From a virus (taxonomy: Duplodnaviria; Caudoviricetes): a DNA stretch of 39,829 nt. How positions within the stretch are numbered: the first letter of the stretch is position 1; each line of letters opens with the position of its first letter. The translations under genes were made by a program, and so were the position numbers. A model generated the notes under the pieces. It made no database searches, was not told the origin of the DNA, and saw nothing but the letters and a program-made list of their open reading frames with translations. The stretch covers positions 1-39,829 of the IMG/VR virus record IMGVR_UViG_3300031159_000077. One strand, 5' to 3'. Positions 17,185 to 25,752 of this stretch are shown one piece after another.

Positions 17185-18554
17185 ACAGCATCATCGCCCT
17201 CGTCGTCTGGCAGATCCAGTTCCGGGATTTCGTCCCGTTCTCGCTGCATCAGCTCGATCTCGTACTGCGCGTCGTCGACGAACGACAGCTGGCTGAGCCG
17301 CGTCTGCTCGCTGACCATGCCTTTCAGCTGGCGAGTCGCCTGCGCTTCATAGAGAAGATCCCGCGGGAAGTTCCGCTTAAACTCGTACCAGACGTTCAGC
17401 GGGTCGAACCGGAGCGAAGGAGTTTTCATTTTCCACGGACCGGCGAGCAGCTCAAACATGCGTTTCGACGCGGATCGGAACTTGTTTTCGAAGAAGCCAG
17501 TCTTCATCTCCAACCCGAGAAGCCGGTATTTCCGGGCCTCCCCGGACTGCGCCCCGCCGCCGAATGCATCGTCCGACAGGTCGGGTGTCTTCGAAAACCG
17601 ATAGATGTTGTCGTGCAGGCGATCCAGATGGTGCTCCACGATGGCGTCATCCAGCTGCTTCGTGATGAACTTAATGTCGCCGCCATCCGGGACACTGAAC
17701 GCTCCGGTCCTGCGCGCCTCGTTGAGCGTTTCCTCGTCGATCTGGCCGCCAACAAACGCCATGTACGCTAGGCGGAACGCCTCGATCTCGCTGTTCACGT
17801 CGGACATGGTCCGATCATAGGCGTCGATCAGGCTGAGCACCTTCTCGGCATCGCCCTGCAGCTCGGCATTGTTTGGGAACCCGACGACCGGGCACATACC
17901 GAACGGATGAAGCTCCGGCGGCTTTTCGACCTGGTACGTCCCGCTGTTCGACCGCGTTTCGATGAAAAAGTGCGTGTACGTCTCGTCGTAAAACTCCACT
18001 TTCCGGATCGGGCTGTCGCGTTCGTCAAGCACCGTGTACACGTACAGGGCGTAATCCGGCTCCGTGATGTCGCCGGTGGTCGTCAGGAACACCGTCCCGA
18101 ATGCCGGCAGGTTCTTTGCTCGCTCTCGGGCCTGTTTGTCAATGTAAAGGAGCCTGGCTCCGTATCCGCAGATCGCGGCCATCTTCGTGACCTCGACGTC
18201 CAGGTCGGGCAAATTGTTCAGAGCTGCGAACCGCGTGATGAGGCCCTGGGCTTCCTCGTAATTCGGATCGTCCTTCGCGTAGTTGTAGCTGATCGGATTC
18301 CCGGCGAAGTATCCGACTTTCATGTCAACGATCTCGCCAAAAAAATCGTTGGCCACGCGATTGTTGACCTTGCGGTCGTCGTCTAGGCGCCTTTGATAGA
18401 TGGGCACCCCATCCGGATCACCCAAATATCGCAGGTACAGCCTCTTCATCTCCGCCTGTCGCGGCTCAAATTTTCGAAGAATGCGCTGCACCAGCTCAGG
18501 CGTGATGCCGCCCTTCTGGATTTGCTCAATCTCGTAACTGAAATCCGGGAGCAA
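17181..18554 (-). CDS. Portal protein (SPP1 gp6-like)
   Basis: NNRVANDF.GEIVD..VGYF.GNPI; LIDAYD; SGEA.KY. Confidence 0.93.
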   Translation of the reverse strand: MLPDFSYEIEQIQKGGITPELVQRILRKFEPRQAEMKRLYLRYLGDPDGVPIYQRRLDDDRKVNNRVANDFFGEIVDMKVGYFAGNPISYNYAKDDPNYEEAQGLITRFAALNNLPDLDVEVTKMAAICGYGARLLYIDKQARERAKNLPAFGTVFLTTTGDITEPDYALYVYTVLDERDSPIRKVEFYDETYTHFFIETRSNSGTYQVEKPPELHPFGMCPVVGFPNNAELQGDAEKVLSLIDAYDRTMSDVNSEIEAFRLAYMAFVGGQIDEETLNEARRTGAFSVPDGGDIKFITKQLDDAIVEHHLDRLHDNIYRFSKTPDLSDDAFGGGAQSGEARKYRLLGLEMKTGFFENKFRSASKRMFELLAGPWKMKTPSLRFDPLNVWYEFKRNFPRDLLYEAQATRQLKGMVSEQTRLSQLSFVDDAQYEIELMQRERDEIPELDLPDDEGDDAV

Positions 18555-18567
18555 GCTATGTCACCTC

Positions 18568-19869
18568 CTATCTGGCGATGGTCGGCGCGGCAGCGATCCG
18601 GCCCTTGAACAGAACCGTATGCACAAAATAACGATCACCGTCCAACTGGTGATCGTTCTGCTTCACCGGCTTGTCCTCGCCGCGTTCAGCCGCTTTTTCG
18701 TCCCAAACGTAAGAAGCAAATTCTCGGAACGTCTCCTTGCAGCAGTCATTGTATTTGATCATCCCTTGCACAAGAGCCGTCGCCACATTTCGAATACCGT
18801 CTAGCACGTCATTCACGGCTTTCATCACCGTGTACTTGCCGTGCTTGCGGATCGTCGCGATGAAAGATGCCGCCGACGGGTCCACGATGATCGCCCGGGG
18901 CCGGATGTCACCGAGGAACTGAACCAGGTCAGCGTAGTACTCCTCGTCCGTCTTTTGCCGGCTGCGGTTCCGCCCGTCGTAATGGTACTCCTTTACCTTG
19001 TACCAGACACCGTCATGCAGCCCCCACAAACCGAACGTCGTCGGGTTCTGTGTGCCGTAGTCCACGCTGACGTAGTATTGGCGGTAAGGTCGGTCGACCG
19101 TCGGCACGACATGCTTCCCGCCGACTTCCGGGTCGAACATGTCGTATATGAGGCCCTCCGCCATCACCCACAGACCGAGGATGTAGCGCTTAAAGAACAC
19201 GCCGGAATACATCCGGCGGTAGCGCTCCTTCACCCGTTCGGACAAGCTCAGGTTGTCATCCATGGTGAAGTGCAGGTGGAGCGCGTTTTTCTCTTCCAGC
19301 TTGTCCAGCCATTCGAGCTTGAACCAGTGATACGGGCCGGCGGGGTTGCAGTTGAACCACAATTTTGCCCCATCGACCGAGCAGCGCGCCGTCGCTTGGT
19401 TGACAAACGACTGCGGCATCAGCGCGACCTCGTCGAAGAACATGCCAGCCAGCGTGATGCCCTGAATCAGGTCCTGCGAGCGCTCGTCCTTTCCGCCGAA
19501 CAGGAAGAAGTAATTTTCCTTGCTACCACGCCTGATGATCAGTAGATTGTCCGCCCGCCGGTCCTCGACGCGGTAACCGCGACTGAACAGCATCTGCTTG
19601 AGCGGCCCGATCACGTTCCGCCGAAGCGCCCCGATCGTTTTGCCGGCCATGCCAAATTGCTGGCCGTCGAAGGTCTCCATCGCCCAGACGACATAGCTGA
19701 ACGACATCGACGATGTTTTCCCGGCACGCACGGACCCGTCGCAGATGATCGCGTCCTTGTCGCGGTGCGGACTCTCTGGCATCCACCACGTCAGGACCAT
19801 GAGCTGCTTTTTGCTGAACGGATGCCAGCGGAACGTGGGCTTAATCTTCCTCGCCGTCAGGCTCGCCAT
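18568..19869 (-). CDS. terL: Terminase large subunit (PBSX family)
   Basis: DGSVRAGKT Walker A; FFDEVAL Walker B; NCNP; VDYG...DHQLDGDRY nuclease. Confidence 0.95.
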   Translation of the reverse strand: MASLTARKIKPTFRWHPFSKKQLMVLTWWMPESPHRDKDAIICDGSVRAGKTSSMSFSYVVWAMETFDGQQFGMAGKTIGALRRNVIGPLKQMLFSRGYRVEDRRADNLLIIRRGSKENYFFLFGGKDERSQDLIQGITLAGMFFDEVALMPQSFVNQATARCSVDGAKLWFNCNPAGPYHWFKLEWLDKLEEKNALHLHFTMDDNLSLSERVKERYRRMYSGVFFKRYILGLWVMAEGLIYDMFDPEVGGKHVVPTVDRPYRQYYVSVDYGTQNPTTFGLWGLHDGVWYKVKEYHYDGRNRSRQKTDEEYYADLVQFLGDIRPRAIIVDPSAASFIATIRKHGKYTVMKAVNDVLDGIRNVATALVQGMIKYNDCCKETFREFASYVWDEKAAERGEDKPVKQNDHQLDGDRYFVHTVLFKGRIAAAPTIAR

Positions 19870-20611
19870 TGTTACCCCACACCTCCGCCGTCTTGCCGCG
19901 CAGCGCTTCTATGAAACCATCGTCGCTCGCTTCGTCCGGATCATTCGCGGCATTCTTGCGCTTGATCTCCTCCGTCTCCGCCTTCACCTTCGCAATCTGC
20001 GCCTGCATCAGCTCGATCTTCGCCCGCCTTTCGTCGTCCTCGGGCGCCATCGCGAGGAACTGGCGGATCGCCGATCGGAGCTCCCGGTTGATGAGCGCGA
20101 ACGCCTTCAGCTGGGCCGCTTCTTTATCCCAGGCGAATTGCAGCTCCCATTCACACTCACTCAGCTTGCCGCCTTCCTTTACTCGTTTCAGCTCGCGTGT
20201 CGTGTCATTTTTGCCCTGAACAAACATGATCCGCTGCGCCCATAGCATTTTGGCGTAGGCCAGTTCCACGCCATGCCAGAGCATGTCCAGCGGATCGAGG
20301 TTCTCAACTTCCTTCATGAGATCCTGCATCTCGTCGGGTAGCAGCTTCCGGTAGAGTCCGTGCTTCAGCGCGTTCTGGTTTCCCTTCGGCGCTCCGCCTC
20401 CCCGGTTGCCAACGGCATTTTTGTTTCCCCTCGGGGCGCCGCGAGGCCGCTTGGCCGGGATCTCGTCCCACTTGTCCAGGTACTTCCACTTGCGAATGAG
20501 CACGTCGGACACACCGAGCTCCCTCGCAATGTCGACCAGTTTCATCTGCCGACCGGATTTCAGCCAGAGCTGGAGCGCCTTTTTGCGGTTGTCGCTTCGG
20601 GGTCTGGACAC
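19841..20611 (-). CDS. terS: Terminase small subunit
   Basis: N-terminal HTH with IRKWK..DKW; GAP.GN.NA repeats; KHGLY; GTG start at 20611. Confidence 0.9.
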   Translation of the reverse strand: MSRPRSDNRKKALQLWLKSGRQMKLVDIARELGVSDVLIRKWKYLDKWDEIPAKRPRGAPRGNKNAVGNRGGGAPKGNQNALKHGLYRKLLPDEMQDLMKEVENLDPLDMLWHGVELAYAKMLWAQRIMFVQGKNDTTRELKRVKEGGKLSECEWELQFAWDKEAAQLKAFALINRELRSAIRQFLAMAPEDDERRAKIELMQAQIAKVKAETEEIKRKNAANDPDEASDDGFIEALRGKTAEVWGNNGEPDGEED

Positions 20612-20753
20612 TACATTCACCCCACCTCCGACACTGATCGAAGATTTGAGTTTGAAAGAACGGAACGCTGCGTTTGGTAACGCTCCGTTACCAATGATAA
20701 ACGCAACTTCCGACAAAGCCGCGCGTTCGATCTCTTCCAGTTTGTGGTTCTGG

Positions 20754-20870
20754 ACTAACCCATAACATACATTCTGTTGCACTCATAAATTCTCGATTTC
20801 GATTGATTCTTCTAGGCTTCTTTTTTGGTGATGTCGTCCGAGTGCAACACTTCATGAATTATGCGTACTT
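20754..20870. repeat. Two inverted 30-bp dif-like sites (20754-20783 and 20841-20870)
   Basis: AGTGCAACAGAA-TGTATG-TTATGGGTTAGT (minus) versus AGTGCAACACTT-CATGAA-TTATGCGTACTT (plus). Confidence 0.6.
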
Positions 20871-21425
20871 CAGGCGACGAATTGCGGCGTCCATGAGGTC
20901 TTGTGTGAGCCCCAAATACATCAAAGTGACGGTTTCCGACGTGTGATTGAACATCTTCATTAGTAACGCCAGATTGCGTGGATCCTGCATGTACAGGTGG
21001 TAACCCCAAGTCTTTCGCATGGTGTGCGTTCCGATGTCTGTCAGGCCAAAATGGTCCGCCGCCTCCCGCAGCATTTTGTAAGCGGTCGATCTATCGATCG
21101 GCCGGCCGGCGAACCCGGTGTTCTTTTTCCGCTGTCTGGACTGGAACAGGTACTCGTGATCCTGCTTGCCGCGAATAAAAAAATCCAGGTCCTCTCGGAT
21201 CGCTGGATGAATGATGAACCGTTTCCGTTTACCCGTCTTAGATTCGACGATGTCGATATGCGTGCCGCGCACCTGGCCGACTTTCAGGTTCAGGAGGTCG
21301 GACACCCGCAGGCCGCTGTACACACCGAGCGAGAAAAAGATGTAATTCCGGAAGTTCCGGGTCCGGAAATATTGGCGGATCGCTTCGACCATTTGCGGGT
21401 CGCGGATCGGCTGAACGAAATTCAT
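20859..21425 (-). CDS. Small tyrosine recombinase (catalytic domain only)
   Basis: SGLRVSD, THTMRK, FNH, YLG catalytic R-HxxR-H-Y set. Confidence 0.92.
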   Translation of the reverse strand: MNFVQPIRDPQMVEAIRQYFRTRNFRNYIFFSLGVYSGLRVSDLLNLKVGQVRGTHIDIVESKTGKRKRFIIHPAIREDLDFFIRGKQDHEYLFQSRQRKKNTGFAGRPIDRSTAYKMLREAADHFGLTDIGTHTMRKTWGYHLYMQDPRNLALLMKMFNHTSETVTLMYLGLTQDLMDAAIRRLKYA

Positions 21426-21432
21426 TCGCCCA

Positions 21433-21531
21433 TCACCTCGCCAGCAGCCAAATGATCAGCGCCCAAAATGGAATACAGACTGCCAGGCCGTGCCGCAGTC
21501 CGCGAAAGAATGCCAACGGGTCTTCTCTCAT
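21433..21531 (-). CDS. 32-aa hydrophobic peptide
   Basis: MREDPLAFFRGLRHGLAVCIPFWALIIWLLAR; ATGA coupling with the upstream ORF. Confidence 0.55.
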   Translation of the reverse strand: MREDPLAFFRGLRHGLAVCIPFWALIIWLLAR

Positions 21532-21632
21532 TTGGCCCACCGCCTCATGTATTCCCGCCGCTCCCGCCGATTCCTCGGCGCCGGCTCCGCAAACGGCGCC
21601 AGGCGTCGAATCATTCGACGGATCCATTTCAT
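21528..21632 (-). CDS. 34-aa Arg-rich peptide
   Basis: MKWIRRMIRRLAPFAEPAPRNRRERREYMRRWAK; ATGA overlaps on both sides. Confidence 0.5.
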   Translation of the reverse strand: MKWIRRMIRRLAPFAEPAPRNRRERREYMRRWAK

Positions 21633-21748
21633 GACTTCACAACCCCCGTCCGTTTGTCCTTCCGGTACGGATTGACAACCCAAATCACACCATGCCGCCG
21701 GCTGATCCAACCAGCGAAGTTCGTGGGCAATTTCATCTTCTTCAACAC
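21629..21748 (-). CDS. 39-aa basic peptide, uncalled
   Basis: GAGGTGAG RBS, GTG start, MLKKMKLPTNFAGWISRRHGVIWVVNPYRKDKRTGVVKS. Confidence 0.5.
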   Translation of the reverse strand: MLKKMKLPTNFAGWISRRHGVIWVVNPYRKDKRTGVVKS

Positions 21749-21974
21749 GAATCTCACCTCATGAAATGACGAAGGCCGGCGCTTTCAAGCGGCCGGCCAG
21801 GATCCCGGGGCCCGCTCAATCCGCGCCCGGTCGCGGTCAAGGAGGCGTGCAGCTCCTGCACGATTTCCCCCTCGTGCAGGCCCATGACGTGCTGCATCTT
21901 GGGGCTGAGCGGGCGAAAAAGGAAAGGCCGCCGATGGTTCGGCGACCTCATGTTTCGTGTGCAGTTTTCCACGG

Positions 21975-22078
21975 TACCAATATACCACATCCGTCCGCCA
22001 ATGCTCTGCCATTTTCCTGCCAAATGTCTGCCTTTTTTCTGCCACTTTTCTGCCACTTTTCTGCCACTTTTCTGCCAC
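21975..22078 (-). promoter_or_regulatory. Late promoter: extended -10 TGGTATATT preceded by eight 11-bp-phased TGGCAG repeats
   Basis: CTGCCA-like units at 21995, 22006, 22017, 22028, 22039, 22050, 22061, 22072; directly downstream of the ArpU-family gene. Confidence 0.75.
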
Positions 22079-22082
22079 GTTT

Positions 22083-22553
22083 TCAGGCCGGTTTTTCCTC
22101 CGGTTCTTCCGGCTCCACGAACACCTCCAACCGCAACATGAAAGCCAGCTTATAAATCGCCTTTGATTTCAGCCGGTAGTATTTCCGCTCGCTCATGTGC
22201 AGCTCGGTGTACACGTGGTAGTCATACACGTCCTCGGCTTCCAGGTAGCGTTTTTCGATGATCATACGCTCCATCTTTCCCAGCCGGCTGACAGCTCGCT
22301 CCACTCTTTCAGTGATCTCCTTCATCCTTTCCTCGGTGTCCACGTTCCAAGTCGCGGTTTCTTCGGCCGGTTTGCCGATGACGTTCGTCGGCCCATGGTA
22401 ACGCGGCTCAGGAGATGCCGTGACTTTCATCTCTCTCCTGACGAAACCGATTTGGCGATAAACCCTGGCCGTCTCCAGGTGTTCCTCGACACGCTGACGT
22501 GTCGTTTCTCTATCTATCTCCCACGGAAAAACCATCTGCTCGATGCTTTTCAA
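22083..22553 (-). CDS. ArpU/RinA-family late transcriptional activator
   Basis: ERMIIEKRYL...VYTELHMSERKYYRLKSKAIYKLAFML. Confidence 0.88.
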   Translation of the reverse strand: MKSIEQMVFPWEIDRETTRQRVEEHLETARVYRQIGFVRREMKVTASPEPRYHGPTNVIGKPAEETATWNVDTEERMKEITERVERAVSRLGKMERMIIEKRYLEAEDVYDYHVYTELHMSERKYYRLKSKAIYKLAFMLRLEVFVEPEEPEEKPA

Positions 22554-22575
22554 TTCCCCACACCCGCCCCTCACG

Positions 22576-22646
22576 TGATATAATGGGTATGGGAACATCT
22601 GTTCAGCCCCGGCGGGCCGCCATCCTGCGCCGGGGCGGTTTTTTTT
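22576..22646 (+). ncRNA. Candidate short antisense RNA unit with overlapping LexA-like box
   Basis: TGATATAAT extended -10; GAACATCTGTTC at 22593-22604; GCCCCGGCG/CGCCGGGGC stem plus T8. Confidence 0.45.
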
Positions 22647-23184
22647 AAATCAATCCTAAATCCATGGCTATTTCCGTTTCCTGCCCAATGCAGTCTTCAC
22701 ACAATCCTCCACCCACCACGAATCCATTGCAGACCACGCATTTCCAATCATCAGGCGGTTCCCAATTCCAAAGCCCCTGCCGCCCCCTCACCGGTATTGG
22801 TTCCTTCAGCCTGTGGATGTTCGCCAGCTCCCAAGCGTAGCGGCCTGGCGTGTAGTCTCCGAAATCAACTTCGTTCCCGAGGATCATGTAGCCATCTTCC
22901 AGCCAAGCAATCCCCGATCCCCTCTCTCTTCCTGATGAAACAACCTTGCGGCAAGAAATAAGCTCCGCAACAGCGATGATGCACCCGGTCGGCAGCGGTG
23001 TTATCTCATGCCAGAATCGCGTGTAGTTGATAGCCAGCATCTTGATCGTCTGGAAGTCGGACTTCTTCCCCGCATGAATCGCAATCGGCCCCCGGTAATG
23101 CGTACGCCAGCTGCGCGTTTCAAACCGTTTGTGTCCATGAGCGATGAGCGAAGCCCAAGGCTGGTGGATCGTGATAGCCTTCAC
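22645..23184 (-). CDS. ASCH domain protein with C-terminal Cys knuckle
   Basis: AITIHQPWASLI..GHKRFETRSW...YRGPIAIHA; GRQGLWNW; CxxC..CxxC tail. Confidence 0.88.
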   Translation of the reverse strand: MKAITIHQPWASLIAHGHKRFETRSWRTHYRGPIAIHAGKKSDFQTIKMLAINYTRFWHEITPLPTGCIIAVAELISCRKVVSSGRERGSGIAWLEDGYMILGNEVDFGDYTPGRYAWELANIHRLKEPIPVRGRQGLWNWEPPDDWKCVVCNGFVVGGGLCEDCIGQETEIAMDLGLI

Positions 23185-23200
23185 GGCTCGTTCGCTCCTT

Positions 23201-23380
23201 TCACATCCCACAACGCCCGTCCCGGCAATCGATGCCGTACGGCGACATTTCTTGAAGCGTGAACGTCAGGCATTCGCGACACATTACGTCTTCCTTTTCT
23301 TCTCCCGTGCGAATGTCGATCACCGTAAATGGGTTATTGTACAAAGTGTCCGCTTCTTCTTTGCAATATGGGCATTTCAT
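23201..23380 (-). CDS. Small Zn-finger protein
   Basis: MKCPYC...CREC. Confidence 0.55.
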   Translation of the reverse strand: MKCPYCKEEADTLYNNPFTVIDIRTGEEKEDVMCRECLTFTLQEMSPYGIDCRDGRCGM

Positions 23381-23763
23381 CCCTTTTCCCTCCATCTTTT
23401 GAAAAACTCTGCGTTAACCCAACTATTGAGGTCCTTGAAATCGAATGGGCGATCACAGTTCGGGCAGTACGGCCACATTTCGCCGCGTTTATAATTGCGC
23501 TCCAGGTCTTTGAAGAGAACCGAGTGCGGCTTTTGTTTGAGCCATTCTTTGCGTTGCTCGTCCAGCGCCTTATGCTGCTCGTTGATTCGCTCATAGTGGA
23601 GAGCAATATCCATAAGGGCTTCAAATGGATCATGGGCAACTCCGCATTCGCATGTGACTTCTCGGTTCACCTCATCAACCGTGTATTTACGCTCTTTGCA
23701 AGTGCATTTACGTGGTCTATTTCGTGCAATTCGAATCGCGTCGATTTGGATGATATTGTCCAA
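23377..23763 (-). CDS. Hypothetical Cys-rich phage protein
   Basis: KCTC..CECG...DPFEAL, CPNC; GGAGG RBS. Confidence 0.7.
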   Translation of the reverse strand: MDNIIQIDAIRIARNRPRKCTCKERKYTVDEVNREVTCECGVAHDPFEALMDIALHYERINEQHKALDEQRKEWLKQKPHSVLFKDLERNYKRGEMWPYCPNCDRPFDFKDLNSWVNAEFFKRWREKG

Positions 23764-23778
23764 TCCCTTTTCCCTCCA

Positions 23779-24594
23779 TCAAAACAGCGTCAGTTGCCGG
23801 CCAGCGTTTTCGGCTGCTATTGGGTTGATCCAGAGAACTTCGGTCCGTATCTGGCCGGCCTCGGCCAACACCCGGCGTTCTTCGCGATGCCAATGCCGCA
23901 AACGCTCGTTGTACATTGGATTATCGTATCCACTCAACAACACCGGTCCGGGATGCTCGTCCAAAACGTCGAGCAGTTCTGCGTGGTCTTCGTCCGTCAT
24001 CTCGTGCTTGTACATGCGCCCGCTGCGCGTTTCAAGTAAATAGGGTGGATCCGCATAAATAAGCACGTCCGGTCGTTTGTATCGTTCGAGCAGCTTCAAT
24101 GCCGGTTGATTTTCAACTTGGACATTTAGCAGGCGTTTGGTCACGGCCATAATCTTATCTGGAACAGTTCGCCAAAGTTTGAAGGCAGGACCGCCGGGCG
24201 ACTTATCGACGCTGATCACATTTTTCCACCCTGTCCTATCTGATGTTTTGCCGCCGATCGCCATCCAGCACCGCACCAAAAACCTCCGTGCCCGCTCGAG
24301 CTCGTCCGCCCCCTCCATGTCGTATGAGGCGTAATATTCCTCCCGGCTGTACGGCGTCCAGTACACCAGCCGCGCCAGCTCGTCTGGGCGGTCGCGGATC
24401 ACGCGGAATAGGTTCACAATGTCGCCATCAAGGTCGTTGATCGTCTCCAGCGGGCTTGGAGGCTTGTTGAAAAACACCGCCCCGCTGCCGAAAAACGGTT
24501 CAAGATACGTCTGATGCGCCGGCATGTGTTCGATGATCCAGTTGGCTATGCTCCATTTGCTACCCGGGTAATGAAGGATGCGTGGTGCGGTCAT
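23779..24594 (-). CDS. DNA adenine methyltransferase (D12/Dam family)
   Basis: YPGSK; EPFFGSGAV; INDLD; YADPPY. Confidence 0.93.
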   Translation of the reverse strand: MTAPRILHYPGSKWSIANWIIEHMPAHQTYLEPFFGSGAVFFNKPPSPLETINDLDGDIVNLFRVIRDRPDELARLVYWTPYSREEYYASYDMEGADELERARRFLVRCWMAIGGKTSDRTGWKNVISVDKSPGGPAFKLWRTVPDKIMAVTKRLLNVQVENQPALKLLERYKRPDVLIYADPPYLLETRSGRMYKHEMTDEDHAELLDVLDEHPGPVLLSGYDNPMYNERLRHWHREERRVLAEAGQIRTEVLWINPIAAENAGRQLTLF

Positions 24595-24604
24595 CGTCAC
24601 CACC

Positions 24605-25543
24605 TCACTCGCAAAGCCCGTAAATGCTTGAACACACCGGCGGCGCCTCGAGTTCAATCATCTTCAGTAGATCAAGCTGCTGCCCGCCACGAGACGTCTT
24701 CGACCATTCGACCCAGTCCCAGATGTTCTTTTTGTCGTCCCCATCCAGCGCCGGAAGGAATGACGAGTCACCGCGCCGCGAAACCTTTGCCACGAGTTTT
24801 TCCCATTCGGCGATCCGCTCGATTTCCTCGGGGAAACGCCGGGAAATCTCGAATAACTCATCTTTCTTGACGAAAATGCAAGGCATACAACCAACGCGCG
24901 ACATGCCTAGCTTGTACAACGGATTCGGCTCGATGCCGTGTTTCTTGTGCATGTCGAATACGTCCCTTGCGCTCCATTTCAGAATCGGCCTGTACACCTC
25001 GTAACCTTCCGGCGTCATTTCCCTTTCCGGCATCTGGGCGCGTTTTTCACTCTCCGCGGCCCGTATGCCTTGCCAACTAACGATGTGATAACCTTCGTCC
25101 CAAAGCGGAAAATAGACTTGCTCGGCAATCGGTATAACTTTCAAATACTGCGTGCAGAACCTGGCCTGGGATGAAGGGAAGCGCCCTTTCCACATGCACA
25201 GATCAAGGAATGGGTTGCCAGTTGGATTAAGGTGCTTCAGCGTCCGCTCGACGATGTATTCCGCTTCCTCTTTCGTCTTTCCGGCCTTCATGAGTTTGTC
25301 CGGCCATTCGTTCGCAACATATTCCCGTTTCTTTGCGATCTGCTCCGAGAAGTCCGCCCTCACCCTCCGGATCGGCCCAAGTTTCGATTCAAGGTAGTCG
25401 ATGTATTCGTAGGTCAGCGGGTGTTCGTTCCCCGTGTCCGCGAAAACCGGGATTACTTCGACGCCCATTTCTTTCACGGCGTATATCCACATGGCCGTGC
25501 TGTCTTTTCCGCCGCTGATTGAAAGAACATTTGCGATTTTCAT
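24605..25543 (-). CDS. PAPS-reductase-family (PP-loop, Fe-S) protein
   Basis: SISGGKDS; FADTG.E; RFCT..LK; GIRAAES; NPLY..G.SRVGCMPC. Confidence 0.9.
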   Translation of the reverse strand: MKIANVLSISGGKDSTAMWIYAVKEMGVEVIPVFADTGNEHPLTYEYIDYLESKLGPIRRVRADFSEQIAKKREYVANEWPDKLMKAGKTKEEAEYIVERTLKHLNPTGNPFLDLCMWKGRFPSSQARFCTQYLKVIPIAEQVYFPLWDEGYHIVSWQGIRAAESEKRAQMPEREMTPEGYEVYRPILKWSARDVFDMHKKHGIEPNPLYKLGMSRVGCMPCIFVKKDELFEISRRFPEEIERIAEWEKLVAKVSRRGDSSFLPALDGDDKKNIWDWVEWSKTSRGGQQLDLLKMIELEAPPVCSSIYGLCE

Positions 25544-25557
25544 GATGTCACCCCTTA

Positions 25558-25752
25558 TTACTCCACTTCCTCCACCGCCAGCGCTGCTAACTCCCTGACC
25601 GGCATCCGCACATCTTCCCCGTTCACCAGCACCACCACGTTGCCGTCTTGGATCGCCTCGACGCGGCGGATGAGTTGCCTGCAGGGAGTGTAGTACGGCA
25701 TCAACCGGTATGAGCGGCCTGGTTTGATTTGGTCGGTGGTGAGGCGGGTCAT
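25558..25752 (-). CDS. Hypothetical 64-aa protein
   Basis: GAGGTG RBS, ATGA coupling to the MTase gene. Confidence 0.65.
   Translation of the reverse strand: MTRLTTDQIKPGRSYRLMPYYTPCRQLIRRVEAIQDGNVVVLVNGEDVRMPVRELAALAVEEVE

Noticed and set aside
21995-22078. CRISPR or mini-array interpretation of the 11-bp repeats
   Set aside because: Tandem units with no spacers and no cas genes; better explained as activator sites
21754-22078. ORFs 21754..22056 and 21785..22078 (MAEKWQK...)
   Set aside because: Artefacts of the 11-bp repeat array spanning the late promoter
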